From Candidatus Buchananbacteria bacterium (GTDB lineage Bacteria; Patescibacteriota; Patescibacteriia; Buchananbacterales; UBA6539), in NCBI GenBank assembly GCA_013359225.1, contig JABWCG010000001.1, positions 432,916 to 496,915 on the forward strand: 64,000 nt of DNA, read 5' to 3'. The translations under genes were made by a program, and so were the position numbers. Below, piece after piece: positions 47,790-57,415 of this stretch (positions are counted from its first letter, which is position 1; every line of letters begins with the position of its first letter). The notes beneath the pieces were generated by a model. That model saw only the letters and a program-made list of their open reading frames with translations, had not been told where the DNA came from and did no database searches.

Positions 47790-47835
47790 TTAATTGCTTT
47801 AAAAGCTCATTTATAGTATATCACTAAAAATCGTT

Positions 47836-49662
47836 TTATTCTACAATATCAAAATAAATTCCGTATACCCATCCTTCCACCGAGGCGTCTTTAATCTTAT
47901 ACCAACCATCCGACTCCTCTACTACTTCATAAACACCCCCCACCGGCACCGAGCCAACTTTCTTAAAGCTGGTTGCCGCACCTTCCCGGACATTTAGATA
48001 ACCAACAGCATTTTCCTTAACTCTAATTTTGATTGGCTTAGTTTCATTTGAAACCCCCAAAACCTCCGGATTATTCTCAGCACTGCTTTCTGCTGCCGGC
48101 GTCGTCGTTGAAGTTTCAAACAGTTCAGTAAACGTACTAAACACCCAGCCCGAAATTTTGTCGTCCAACTTGATCTTATGCCACTCTTCACCGCGCTCTA
48201 ACAATTCGTATTCACTACCGGACTTTGCCTCTCCAACTTTACTGAATTCCGCGCCCGCGCCGTCACGAACGTTCGCATAGCCAGCACTGGTAGGCAGGAT
48301 GCGCACCATCGTTTTTGGCGCTAATGCCTCGGTGGTACTCGCCAATTCCCGCTGAATTGCCTGGTCTCGGAGCTGATCTAAAACATCAAGATTAATATCA
48401 GCCGGAACGAACTTGCCGGTGTCTGATGCAGGAGAAAAATAATTATAGAAATCCACACCTTGCTGTTTTGTTGTAATCACCGCCAACAAGCCGGCCAACA
48501 TTAAAATTAAAATCGCCAACCGGGTAAAAAATCTCTGCCAGTGTTTACGATCGCCTTTTTCAGGCAAAAATTTAAGCAGTGGATTTTTCCTTAGCGGTAG
48601 CAAATTAATGTCGCTGGTCTCTGGTTTTTTTTCAATCCCCCGCAATGCCAGCCCTAAAACATTGGAAAAAATAATTTCCTTGCCCTTAACGTTGCCTAAA
48701 GCTCCCGGATCCTTAATCTTGGCAAAAGGTTTGCCAAGATTTACCACCAAACCAAAGCTGTTGGCAAAATGCTGATCAATACTTGGCAACAAAGCCGAAC
48801 CACCAGCCAAAATAATTTCATCAACATGACGCTGAGCTTCAGCTTGATAAAATTCAATCAATTGTTTTGCTTCCCCGACAACTTTTTTAGATTCGTTTTG
48901 CAAGATAGCCACCACTTTACCGGTATCTTTTTTGGAGTCAAAACCCGTTTTAATCTTCAATTCATTGGCGCTCTTTTCAGTTATCTTTTTAGCGGCCATA
49001 ATCGCTTTAGTGAACCGGCCGCCGGCAACCTTCACCACGCCACTAGCTCTAATGCCCTGGCGATCAAAAATGGTTAGGTTAGTCGTTCGTGAACCAATAT
49101 CCATCAACAGCTTGGCCGATTTTTTATTATTAACGTCAATCAGAATACGTGCCAAACTTAATGATTCTAAATCAAAAGCAATCGGCTTTAAGCCAATTGC
49201 TTCAAGTACTTCAACGTAGGCGTCGACAACTTTTACCGGCACTGCCGCATAAAAGATTTCTTGTGACGCACCCTCAACGGTAATGGTTTTAAAATCGTAA
49301 TAAACTTCTGATGATTTAAACGGAATTACTTCTTCCGCCTTAAAGGGAATTGTATTTTTTATTTCTTTATGTTTCAGTCCGGCGGGTAATTTGAAAACTG
49401 TTGTAAAAACCTGCGAATCAGGCAACGACAGCACACAAAAAGGCGTTCTGATTTTTTGCGGTTTTGCCGAATCAAGCAATTTAACCAGACTGTCTTGAAG
49501 CTTCTTTTTATCTTTAATAATACCGTCTTTAACCAGGCTGGTTTTAAAAACTGAACGAGCGTAAGCAGTAATCTTAGGCTTACCAAAAAGCGGCTTCGTC
49601 AACTGCAAGGCCTCAATTGAATAATCTGAAATGTCCAAACCAAAAATTTCTTTTTTTACCAT
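47836..49662 (-). CDS. pilM: Type IV pilus assembly PilM-PilN-like fusion with two C-terminal SH3b-like domains; start at MVKKEIFGLDIS after AGGAGG
   Basis: The N-terminal actin-like PilM fold is present, about 350 aa. A TM segment follows (RFFTRLAILILMLAGLLAVI). Two repeats of about 60 aa close the protein (NVRDGAGAEFSKVG...GWVFSTF and NVREGAATSFKKVG...GWVYGIYF). Confidence 0.75.
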   Translation of the reverse strand: MVKKEIFGLDISDYSIEALQLTKPLFGKPKITAYARSVFKTSLVKDGIIKDKKKLQDSLVKLLDSAKPQKIRTPFCVLSLPDSQVFTTVFKLPAGLKHKEIKNTIPFKAEEVIPFKSSEVYYDFKTITVEGASQEIFYAAVPVKVVDAYVEVLEAIGLKPIAFDLESLSLARILIDVNNKKSAKLLMDIGSRTTNLTIFDRQGIRASGVVKVAGGRFTKAIMAAKKITEKSANELKIKTGFDSKKDTGKVVAILQNESKKVVGEAKQLIEFYQAEAQRHVDEIILAGGSALLPSIDQHFANSFGLVVNLGKPFAKIKDPGALGNVKGKEIIFSNVLGLALRGIEKKPETSDINLLPLRKNPLLKFLPEKGDRKHWQRFFTRLAILILMLAGLLAVITTKQQGVDFYNYFSPASDTGKFVPADINLDVLDQLRDQAIQRELASTTEALAPKTMVRILPTSAGYANVRDGAGAEFSKVGEAKSGSEYELLERGEEWHKIKLDDKISGWVFSTFTELFETSTTTPAAESSAENNPEVLGVSNETKPIKIRVKENAVGYLNVREGAATSFKKVGSVPVGGVYEVVEESDGWYKIKDASVEGWVYGIYFDIVE

Positions 49663-49669
49663 TTTGTTT

Positions 49670-50044
49670 TTATTCCTCCTGCCAAGAGATAACTGCAAGA
49701 TTGTTATCAACCTGGATTTCTATTTTTTGATGATAGGTATCAACGGTACCGGTTGCGGTTACTGTTGCTATATTACCGCTCACCTCTACCGTTAGTATAC
49801 AAGAATTCGAACCAATTGACAACGTTCCAACATAATCAACAAAATTATTGCGCAGACGCTCAAGTCCGTCTTCGATACAAGCATTGGCCAAGTTGCGAGC
49901 AATCGCTGCTTGAGTACTGCTAAAGCTAGATTGCAACTCATCAACGCCAGACAAGCTAATTGATAAACCAATCGCCAAGCCGGCAACGGCAACAATTAAA
50001 AGCGCGATCAATGCAATATATCCTTTTGGTTTAGTAGTATACAT
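49670..50044 (-). CDS. Minor pilin/pseudopilin-like protein; start at the internal Met MYTTKPKGYIALIALLIVAVAGL
   Basis: The N-terminal hydrophobic helix resembles a degenerate prepilin N-terminus. A GGAGG Shine-Dalgarno lies upstream of this Met. Confidence 0.45.
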   Translation of the reverse strand: MYTTKPKGYIALIALLIVAVAGLAIGLSISLSGVDELQSSFSSTQAAIARNLANACIEDGLERLRNNFVDYVGTLSIGSNSCILTVEVSGNIATVTATGTVDTYHQKIEIQVDNNLAVISWQEE

Positions 50045-50048
50045 TTGT

Positions 50049-50549
50049 TTATTTCCTCCCCCGCAATTCAGCAGAAAATATCGCTGTCGTACTGGCGGCA
50101 TATTCAGGCTGATTGCTTGGATTATCGTACTCCAAACGCAATGTCACGGCAACATTTTTCGTTCTGGCGTCGTATGATTGATCGGCAAAAACTCCGGTTA
50201 CCTTAACCGAGGTGTCATGAAGAATAATCAGATTACTAAAGCCGACTTGTCTGGTCAGGGTGCTGTTAGCTGTGTCAAAATGCAAAGTAATATCATCACC
50301 GGGCATAGTTAACACTAAATTGTCATCGCTAATACTAGTGATATCCTGAGCCGCCCTAATGTCTTTGGTAATAATATTTGAAATAAACCGCAACTGCTGG
50401 TTAATATCTTGACTGGTATAATTTTTAGTTTGGCCGCTTAACATGTCAAGCATTAAATAAGAAATGCTAACCAAGATAATTGAAACGATTGCCAAATACA
50501 ATATCAATTCAATTAAGGTAAACCCTGATTGTTTTTGAGACTTTTTCAT
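50049..50549 (-). CDS. Type IV pilin-like (pseudopilin) protein with the prepilin motif KQSGFTLIEL
   Basis: 166 aa. The N-terminus reads MKKSQKQSGFTLIELILYLAIVSIIL. Confidence 0.7.
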   Translation of the reverse strand: MKKSQKQSGFTLIELILYLAIVSIILVSISYLMLDMLSGQTKNYTSQDINQQLRFISNIITKDIRAAQDITSISDDNLVLTMPGDDITLHFDTANSTLTRQVGFSNLIILHDTSVKVTGVFADQSYDARTKNVAVTLRLEYDNPSNQPEYAASTTAIFSAELRGRK

Positions 50550-53500
50550 TATGGTAAATAATTTATTTTGACTGATTCAAGACTTGGCGTGTTAACCCCG
50601 TCACCCACTAATTCGGCGCGATACTGCACCCAGCGGTTGAAGTTTAAATCAGCCGGAATAATTGATCCGCCACTATTGGTAAAGTAGGTACCTGGTCCGT
50701 TGTCACCGTACCAGGCGGTCCAGCTTCCGGGAAGACCTGCCGCGTCTGGAGCCGTTCTGACTTGCATTTTAATGTCACAATCGGGATTACACGACGGCAC
50801 TGTTTCCTCCCAAGTGATGATATTAACTGATGCGTCGCCACCCATATCAAATGCCGACGATTCAAGCCAACCATTAGTTGCATACCCAGTTCCTCCAGCA
50901 CCCGCCGCCTGGCCCCAGCCGATTTGAACATTGTCCAGTTCAACAGACTGTGCACCATTGCTGGATAAAAATGCCTTAAACATAATCTGCCCCGTTGTAG
51001 TCGGAAAACTGGCAATATTAGCATTAACTTCAACAGCAGTGTTACCGGAGTTTACCGGCACTCCCGAACTGGTCCAACTGGCACCATTCCAAAACTGCCA
51101 GGTCGCGCCGTTGTCATCAGAAAGCTGATAATAAATTTCACCGCTGTTTTTATTGGCTGTTTCTGTAAATGAAGCCCACGTGTCTAAGTCCGCTACAGTC
51201 AGGGCATTTATAGGGACAATTGATGGATTTGTTGTTGAATAGCTGCCCGACTCACTAATTTGAATTGTCTTTACCCAGCCGTCAGCGCCCGGACCAGTAT
51301 AACCAACGGCCAAATAATCTGATGACAATGCGATCAGGCTTGGTGCATTAGCATTTACCGTATCAAATTCATACGTTGCAATAACTGAATCCGAGGTGTT
51401 CCCGGTGTTATCAACAGTAAACATTGCCACAAAACCGTCGTTACCGTTGCCGCGATAAGCCACGGCATAGTAATCGTCAAACCAATGAACAACGCTCGGT
51501 TCATACCCATTACTTGAATCAAACTCCAAGCTGTCAATTATCACGTTTGAAATATTACCCGCGCCATCAATCGCAAACGTTCGCACCCAGCCATCAGCGC
51601 CCGAACCGCGGTAGGCGACCGCATACACATCGCCGGCAACATGGATCAGGTCTGGCTCAAAACCGTTTGCCGTATCATACTCAAAATTATCAATTATCAA
51701 ATTGCCAATGTTACCTGAACCGTTAATAGTAAAAGTTTTCACCCAGCCGTCATCTCCCGGACCCTGATAGGCGACCGCATACACATCGCCCGCAACATGG
51801 ATCAGGTCTGGTCGACGACCATTGTTAGTATCAAACTCCAGCCGGTCAATCGTGGTATTAGAAATATTACCGCTACCGTCAATAGTAAAAGTTTTCACCC
51901 AGCCGTCATCTCCCGGACCGCGGTAGGCTACGGCGTAAACGGTCGCGGAAACCTGAACGATACTTGGTTCACGTCCATTGTTAGTATCAAACTCCAGCCG
52001 GTCAATCGTGGTATTAGAAATATTACCAAAGTTATCAATAGTCAGAGTTGCAACAAAACCGTCAGCGCCCGAACCGCGGTAGGCGACCGCATACACATCG
52101 CCCGCAACATGGATCAGGTCTGGCTCAAAACCGTTATACATGTCAAACTCCAGCTGGTCAATCGTGGTGTTAGAAATATTACCGCTACCGTCAATAGTAA
52201 AAGTTTTCACCCAGCCGTCATCTCCCGGTCCTTGATAGACGGCAGCATAAATGTTGCCAAAAATCGGCAACACCTCAACATAAAGACCCTCAGCGGTATC
52301 AAATTCTAGACTATCAATAAACGGCGAACTAAATCCGTTAACTGTTGCACCCGACGTTTTAAGCCGGGCGATCCCACTGCCAACCTCAATATTGTTTGCA
52401 TCATAAACATACTCAGCCGGCTCTAAAAAAGTCCAGTCATAGTACTGGGAACAACTGATACTGATTTCATCAAGCTGAACAAACGCCGCACCATCGCTCT
52501 CTAAAAATGCCCGAAAGATTATTTGAGCACTGGTGGTTGAAAAATTTTGGATCGCTGAATTGACCACGCTGGCCTGGTTATAATCAGCCGGACCTGCAAT
52601 CGTCCAACTGGCACCATTCCAAAACTGCCAGGTCGCGCCGTTGTCATCAGAAAGCTGATAATAAATTTCACCGCCGTTTTTATTCGCCGTTTCCGTAAAC
52701 GAAGTCCAACGATCGATACCGCTAACTAGATGACTACTGCTTGGACCAATCGTCGGGCGAGTAGTCGGATAATTTGACGACTGTTGCCAATTCAAAACAA
52801 CATTATCGTACCCAATCTGAAAGGGTCCGTTGGATGGGCCTCCGGGAGTCTCAACCCAAGCGGCAATTTTTAAATAGTATGTTCCGGCAGTTGCTAATTT
52901 TGAAGAAACATCAATATTAATTTGAGAATTCCAGCTCTGCGTCGACGTTATTTCGCCGGAAGACCAGACTTCTTGGCCAATCACCGGCGCACCGGGCGAC
53001 GAATCAACAAAAACATACAGTTTAAAAGTATTAGGTGTTGCATCATACTGGCTCACCTGCCAGTCAAAACTTACTGTTGCGCTCGGATTATTAACAGTCG
53101 TGGTAAACGACTGATACCCATAGCCCCCTACTTCGTCATTGCTACCAGCCGGGACAGTAATATACACCCAGCCTCCTGGATTACCGCCGACAGATTGCCA
53201 ACCGCCAGTAACGTCAGCCTCACCACCGCCCTGATTCCAATCAGCATACGACCAACCGGAAATATCGGTAGTAAACCCCGGATTAATAGTCAAATCAGAC
53301 ACGCCGCCAGGAGCGGAAACTAGTTGGGCAAATCCGCCGGCAATTTCAATTTCACCGGGAGTATACACATACTCGGCATCTGTGGTAAAAGACCAAACGT
53401 TTGTCCCACAACCGCCGCCGGTAAGAGGCGCCAAAGTCACCTGTCCGGCAGTGGCAACATTAACATTTCCGTCATCGCTAGCATACCGAGTATTGTCAGA

Positions 53501-54043
53501 CCAGACGGTCTGCCCGGAGGCGCCAACCCAGTTCGTTTGAATCCAATCGTCAGTCTGCCAAGTGGTCAAATAGGAAACCAGCTCAACCAAATTGCCGATG
53601 CCATTAATCGACGTATAATCAACCTGAACGGTAACTTTTTTGGTGTGCACATCAACGACTGATCCTGGATCAGCACAATCAACAATTTCACCGCCGCCAT
53701 CTCGACAAGCGTCAGCAATACTGACTGTTCTGGTATAATCATCATCAATCGCTTCGCTGGTGCCGGCAAACGTCCAATGCCCGCTTGAGTTATCAAGGCC
53801 ATGAACGCCATTCTCCAATAAATTCCAAGCTTGTCGCCTAATTGACCACGCTGCTTCAATACCTTCCTGGGCATGAAGCAATGCCACATCACGCTGGCTC
53901 GCTTGGACATCGCTGCCATACGAACTCATTAATAAACCGATTAATGCCGTTGCAAATAAACCAAAAAGCGCGACGGCCAGTATTACTTCCACCAAACCGA
54001 CACCTTTGGAATAAAATTTTTGACGGCTAATTTGGGGCATCAA
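50549..54043 (-). CDS. Giant pilin-like protein (1164 aa): prepilin-type N-terminus, two BNR/Asp-box modules, and about 7 repeats of 47 aa predicted to form a beta-propeller; putative pilus tip adhesin
   Basis: The N-terminus reads KGVGLVEVILAVALFGLFATAL. The module TWASFTETANKNGGEIYYQLSDDNGATWQFWNGASWT occurs twice. The unit YAVAYRGPGDDGWVKTFTIDGSGNISNTTIDRLEFDTNNGR.PDLIHVAGDV recurs at least 6 times. Confidence 0.8.
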   Translation of the reverse strand: MMPQISRQKFYSKGVGLVEVILAVALFGLFATALIGLLMSSYGSDVQASQRDVALLHAQEGIEAAWSIRRQAWNLLENGVHGLDNSSGHWTFAGTSEAIDDDYTRTVSIADACRDGGGEIVDCADPGSVVDVHTKKVTVQVDYTSINGIGNLVELVSYLTTWQTDDWIQTNWVGASGQTVWSDNTRYASDDGNVNVATAGQVTLAPLTGGGCGTNVWSFTTDAEYVYTPGEIEIAGGFAQLVSAPGGVSDLTINPGFTTDISGWSYADWNQGGGEADVTGGWQSVGGNPGGWVYITVPAGSNDEVGGYGYQSFTTTVNNPSATVSFDWQVSQYDATPNTFKLYVFVDSSPGAPVIGQEVWSSGEITSTQSWNSQINIDVSSKLATAGTYYLKIAAWVETPGGPSNGPFQIGYDNVVLNWQQSSNYPTTRPTIGPSSSHLVSGIDRWTSFTETANKNGGEIYYQLSDDNGATWQFWNGASWTIAGPADYNQASVVNSAIQNFSTTSAQIIFRAFLESDGAAFVQLDEISISCSQYYDWTFLEPAEYVYDANNIEVGSGIARLKTSGATVNGFSSPFIDSLEFDTAEGLYVEVLPIFGNIYAAVYQGPGDDGWVKTFTIDGSGNISNTTIDQLEFDMYNGFEPDLIHVAGDVYAVAYRGSGADGFVATLTIDNFGNISNTTIDRLEFDTNNGREPSIVQVSATVYAVAYRGPGDDGWVKTFTIDGSGNISNTTIDRLEFDTNNGRRPDLIHVAGDVYAVAYQGPGDDGWVKTFTINGSGNIGNLIIDNFEYDTANGFEPDLIHVAGDVYAVAYRGSGADGWVRTFAIDGAGNISNVIIDSLEFDSSNGYEPSVVHWFDDYYAVAYRGNGNDGFVAMFTVDNTGNTSDSVIATYEFDTVNANAPSLIALSSDYLAVGYTGPGADGWVKTIQISESGSYSTTNPSIVPINALTVADLDTWASFTETANKNSGEIYYQLSDDNGATWQFWNGASWTSSGVPVNSGNTAVEVNANIASFPTTTGQIMFKAFLSSNGAQSVELDNVQIGWGQAAGAGGTGYATNGWLESSAFDMGGDASVNIITWEETVPSCNPDCDIKMQVRTAPDAAGLPGSWTAWYGDNGPGTYFTNSGGSIIPADLNFNRWVQYRAELVGDGVNTPSLESVKINYLP
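51440..52290. repeat. Intragenic tandem DNA repeats (about 141-bp period, near-identical copies) encoding the propeller blades of the giant pilin-like protein
   Basis: Strings such as ccgtcatctcccggaccgcggtaggc..gcatacacatcgcccgcaacatggatcaggtctgg recur. The antisense ORF 51797-52309 is a by-product of these repeats. Confidence 0.7.
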
Positions 54044-54482
54044 TAATACCTAACTCATTAATCTTAATTGTTTTGATGAACAGCGCTTCGGTACTAGTGA
54101 CAGTCACCGTGCCAGTGGCGCTTGGTGTGCCTGAATATACACTAAAGTAAATTTCAGCGCCGAACGTGGGAACAACATTAAGTGCCGGCGAGTAAGTAAT
54201 TTCCTGGTCATAATGCGGATCACGACTGACATACTCACTACCCTGAAAAATGACCATTTTATTTTGTGCTTCATCAAAATAAACCCCCCAGGGCATGCCA
54301 GTATAGCCATTAATTGATTGTAGTTGTGCTCGCCGTAAAGTTCGTTCAATATCATTAGCATAGGTTGTGACATCACCTGAAACCGAGTAAGAAAACAAAA
54401 AAGGGATGCTTAATCCGGCAACCACTAAAATTATCCCGACCGTAATCAGCATTTCAATTAAGGTAAACCCACGAAATGTCAT
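54027..54482 (-). CDS. Type IV pilin-like (pseudopilin) protein with the prepilin motif RGFTLIEM
   Basis: 151 aa. The N-terminus reads MTFRGFTLIEMLITVGIILVVAGL. Confidence 0.7.
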   Translation of the reverse strand: MTFRGFTLIEMLITVGIILVVAGLSIPFLFSYSVSGDVTTYANDIERTLRRAQLQSINGYTGMPWGVYFDEAQNKMVIFQGSEYVSRDPHYDQEITYSPALNVVPTFGAEIYFSVYSGTPSATGTVTVTSTEALFIKTIKINELGIIDAPN

Positions 54483-54495
54483 ACGGTAAATTTCA

Positions 54496-55722
54496 TCACC
54501 TCTGGAATTGAGAGGTTACTTGGTAAATTGGAGTAATGACCGATACTGCCACAAAACCGACGATCAACCCAACTGTTAAAAGCAGCGCCGGTTCAAGGAC
54601 TGTGGTCATATTCTTGGTGGCATTAGCCACTTCCTTTTCATAATAATTTGCCAAATAATTTAATGATTCATCCATCCGACCACTACGCTCGCCAACGCCA
54701 ATCATTTTAATTGCTAGCAACGAAATCAATGGTTTTCGCTTTGATTGATTCAACATACTAATAACATCAGACATCTTCTTACCTTTGCGCACTTCCGGCA
54801 ATACGTTGTTTAAAAGTTTCCGGTAAACATAATTATTGGTCGTGGTTATGGCAACTTCCAAACTACGATCAATTGTCAGTCCGCTTTTCAATAAGATAGA
54901 CAAGGTTCTGGTGATTAAAACCATATTGTAGTTAATGACCAAGTGTCCGATTACCGGTAACGCAATTAATAACCGGTGCCAGTATGGTTTTGCAAATTTC
55001 TGGGCAACCAAAATTCGCAGTGCAATTAGTGTTCCAAGCAAGCTCAGCACAATCAAACCGCCGTGCTTATCCATTAGATCAGCCGCCCAGAGTAAAATTC
55101 TGGTACTTAGCGGCAATTCAAAATTGAGCGACACAAACAGTTTTGAAATTTTCGGCAACACAAAATAAGACAACACTAGCCCTAGGCCGAAAGTAGCAAA
55201 CAATATGATCGCCGGATAAAATGAAGCGGCTTTGATGGTCCGACGTAATTCTAGACGCGACTCGAGTTCGTTTCCTAAATAATCAAGATTTTCTTCCAGG
55301 GTGCCACTTGATTCACCAACCTTAATGATGTTAACAAATAGCGGATCAAATACCTTTGGGTATTTTGCCAGTGAACCACCCAGGCTCTGACCCGATCTCA
55401 CTTTGGCTAAAACGTCTTTAATAACAGAACTAAATTTCTTCGAGGCGGTCTGCTCGGCAATTACCTCCAACGCCTCATGGAGATTAATCCCAGATTTAAT
55501 CATCGTTGATAAGTGTTTAATAAACAACACTTTATCAACCAGTGCTACCCGGCCGAAATTTAATTCAAGAATGTTTTCTTTTACTTTTCCCCGCGGAGAA
55601 ATTTTTTTTACAAACCAACCCTTACTAATCAAAATTTCTGTGGCTTCTCGAAGCGATGAGGCATCAAGAACACCTTTTTGTTCACGGTTAAGCGCATCAA
55701 AAGCACGATAACTAAATTTCAT
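54496..55722 (-). CDS. pilC: Type IV pilus platform protein PilC (GspF family); start at the internal Met MKFSYRAF
   Basis: Two T2SS-F domains with three TM helices, typical of PilC/GspF. Confidence 0.85.
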   Translation of the reverse strand: MKFSYRAFDALNREQKGVLDASSLREATEILISKGWFVKKISPRGKVKENILELNFGRVALVDKVLFIKHLSTMIKSGINLHEALEVIAEQTASKKFSSVIKDVLAKVRSGQSLGGSLAKYPKVFDPLFVNIIKVGESSGTLEENLDYLGNELESRLELRRTIKAASFYPAIILFATFGLGLVLSYFVLPKISKLFVSLNFELPLSTRILLWAADLMDKHGGLIVLSLLGTLIALRILVAQKFAKPYWHRLLIALPVIGHLVINYNMVLITRTLSILLKSGLTIDRSLEVAITTTNNYVYRKLLNNVLPEVRKGKKMSDVISMLNQSKRKPLISLLAIKMIGVGERSGRMDESLNYLANYYEKEVANATKNMTTVLEPALLLTVGLIVGFVAVSVITPIYQVTSQFQR

Positions 55723-55732
55723 ATTTTTATTT

Positions 55733-57415
55733 TTATTCTCTGGTAGCGCGAAGAACTTCTTCAATGGTCGTAAGACCGGACAAAACTTTTTTAATGCCGT
55801 CATCAATCATGGTTTTCATTCCTTCAGTGATCGCTTGTTGCTTGATTTGATCGGCGTTGGCGCGCTTCATAATTAAATCTCTGATTGCTTCTGACATTAC
55901 CAAAATTTCACAAATTGCCACTCGACCCCGATAACCGGTTTGACCGCATAATTCGCACCCCTTACCGCGATAGATCCGAAATTCTTTATTTTCGGTTCCA
56001 AAATGTTTATCGATTAATTCTCGGGAAAAATGTTGTGCTAGTTGTTCCGTGGTCACTTTTTCACTCACAATACAATTTGAACAAATCCGGCGGACTAAGC
56101 GCTGAGCAATAATAATATTAACCGTTGAGGCAATTAAAAATGGCTCGATCCCCATCTTTAAAAATCGCGGTAGCGCCGTCGCCGCGTCATTGGTATGCAA
56201 TGTCGACAACACCAAGTGCCCGGTCATCGCCGAATTAATAGCGATATCGGCTGTTTCCTGATCACGGATTTCACCGACCATAATAATATCCGGATCTTGC
56301 CGTAATAAAGACCGCAACCCTTGGGCAAACGTTAAATTGGTTTTCGGATTAACCTGGACTTGGTTGACCCCCTCAATATCATACTCCACCGGATCCTCAA
56401 TCGTCGCAATGTTAACTTCCCGACGATTCAAATTTTTTAATACGGCGTACAATGTTGTGGTTTTACCTGAGCCGGTCGGGCCAGTTGCTAAAATTGCCCC
56501 GTACGGCTTTGCATATTCTTTTTTCAGTTTTACCAAATCTTCATTACTAAAACCCAAATCCTCCAGACTTAGCTGGCGAGATTTTTCTGACAACAAACGC
56601 AATACCACTTTTTCTCCTTCAACCACCGGGATAATAGAAACACGGATATCCAAATTTTCCGCCTCAAACTTCATTCTGATTTTACCGTCCTGAGCGCTAC
56701 GGTGTTCATCAGTTCGCAACTGGGACATGATTTTAATCCTGGTCACCACTAATTCATGAAAACTTTTTGGCAAATCAATAATGTCGTGCAAAATCCCATC
56801 GATGCGAAAACGTACCAGCGTTTTTTCTTCCATCGGTTCAATATGGATATCTGACGCCTTATTCTCATAGGCATATTGCAAGATAGTGTCCACAATTTTA
56901 ATAATTGGTACATCTTCCGCCTTAGCACCGCCGGTGGCCTGTGAAATATTTTCTTGAATAATATCAGCAAATTCTTTCTTAAGTCCTTTTTGATATTTCG
57001 GCAAAGTGTTTTCAATATTTTGCCAAGTAGTGTAATAAGGAATCACTCGCTGGCCGGTTTTTTTCTCCACTAAATTGATCGCTCGCAAATCACTGGGGTT
57101 AACCATAGCCAACTTGATAGTATCTCGGTCGCGCTCAAAGGCAATGACTTTTTGATTTTTAGCCATGACGCGCGGAATCAAATTTAATACTTCCGGGTCA
57201 ATTGGCTGACGATCCAAGTCAACAAAGTCAAACCCCAATTGTCCGGCTACCACCTGGCCCAGATGATCATCGGAAATCAAGTCGCTTGCCACCAACACTT
57301 CGCCAAGCGACTTATTGTTTTGCTCCGCAAAGCGATATGCCGCGTCTAGCCGCTCTTTTGGAATTAAATCCAATTCTTCAACCAGCAATTTTAAACGCTC
57401 GTTGGTTACTTTCAT
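55733..57415 (-). CDS. pilB: Type IV pilus assembly ATPase PilB (GspE family)
   Basis: 560 aa. The Walker A reads GPTGSGKTTT. The Asp and His boxes are present, and the tetracysteine motif (CSNC...CELC) is present. Confidence 0.93.
   Translation of the reverse strand: MKVTNERLKLLVEELDLIPKERLDAAYRFAEQNNKSLGEVLVASDLISDDHLGQVVAGQLGFDFVDLDRQPIDPEVLNLIPRVMAKNQKVIAFERDRDTIKLAMVNPSDLRAINLVEKKTGQRVIPYYTTWQNIENTLPKYQKGLKKEFADIIQENISQATGGAKAEDVPIIKIVDTILQYAYENKASDIHIEPMEEKTLVRFRIDGILHDIIDLPKSFHELVVTRIKIMSQLRTDEHRSAQDGKIRMKFEAENLDIRVSIIPVVEGEKVVLRLLSEKSRQLSLEDLGFSNEDLVKLKKEYAKPYGAILATGPTGSGKTTTLYAVLKNLNRREVNIATIEDPVEYDIEGVNQVQVNPKTNLTFAQGLRSLLRQDPDIIMVGEIRDQETADIAINSAMTGHLVLSTLHTNDAATALPRFLKMGIEPFLIASTVNIIIAQRLVRRICSNCIVSEKVTTEQLAQHFSRELIDKHFGTENKEFRIYRGKGCELCGQTGYRGRVAICEILVMSEAIRDLIMKRANADQIKQQAITEGMKTMIDDGIKKVLSGLTTIEEVLRATRE

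Noticed and set aside
51440-52290. Possible CRISPR array suggested by the regular repeats
   Set aside because: The repeats have a period of about 141 bp, lack unique spacers and are in-frame coding. They encode propeller blades. No cas genes are present. It is not a CRISPR array.
51797-53662. Plus-strand ORFs 51797-52309, 52922-53323 and 53324-53662, antisense to the giant pilin gene
   Set aside because: They arise from the repetitive, low-stop antisense of the tandem-repeat region. The repeated peptide LQPVNRGIRNIT simply mirrors the DNA repeats.
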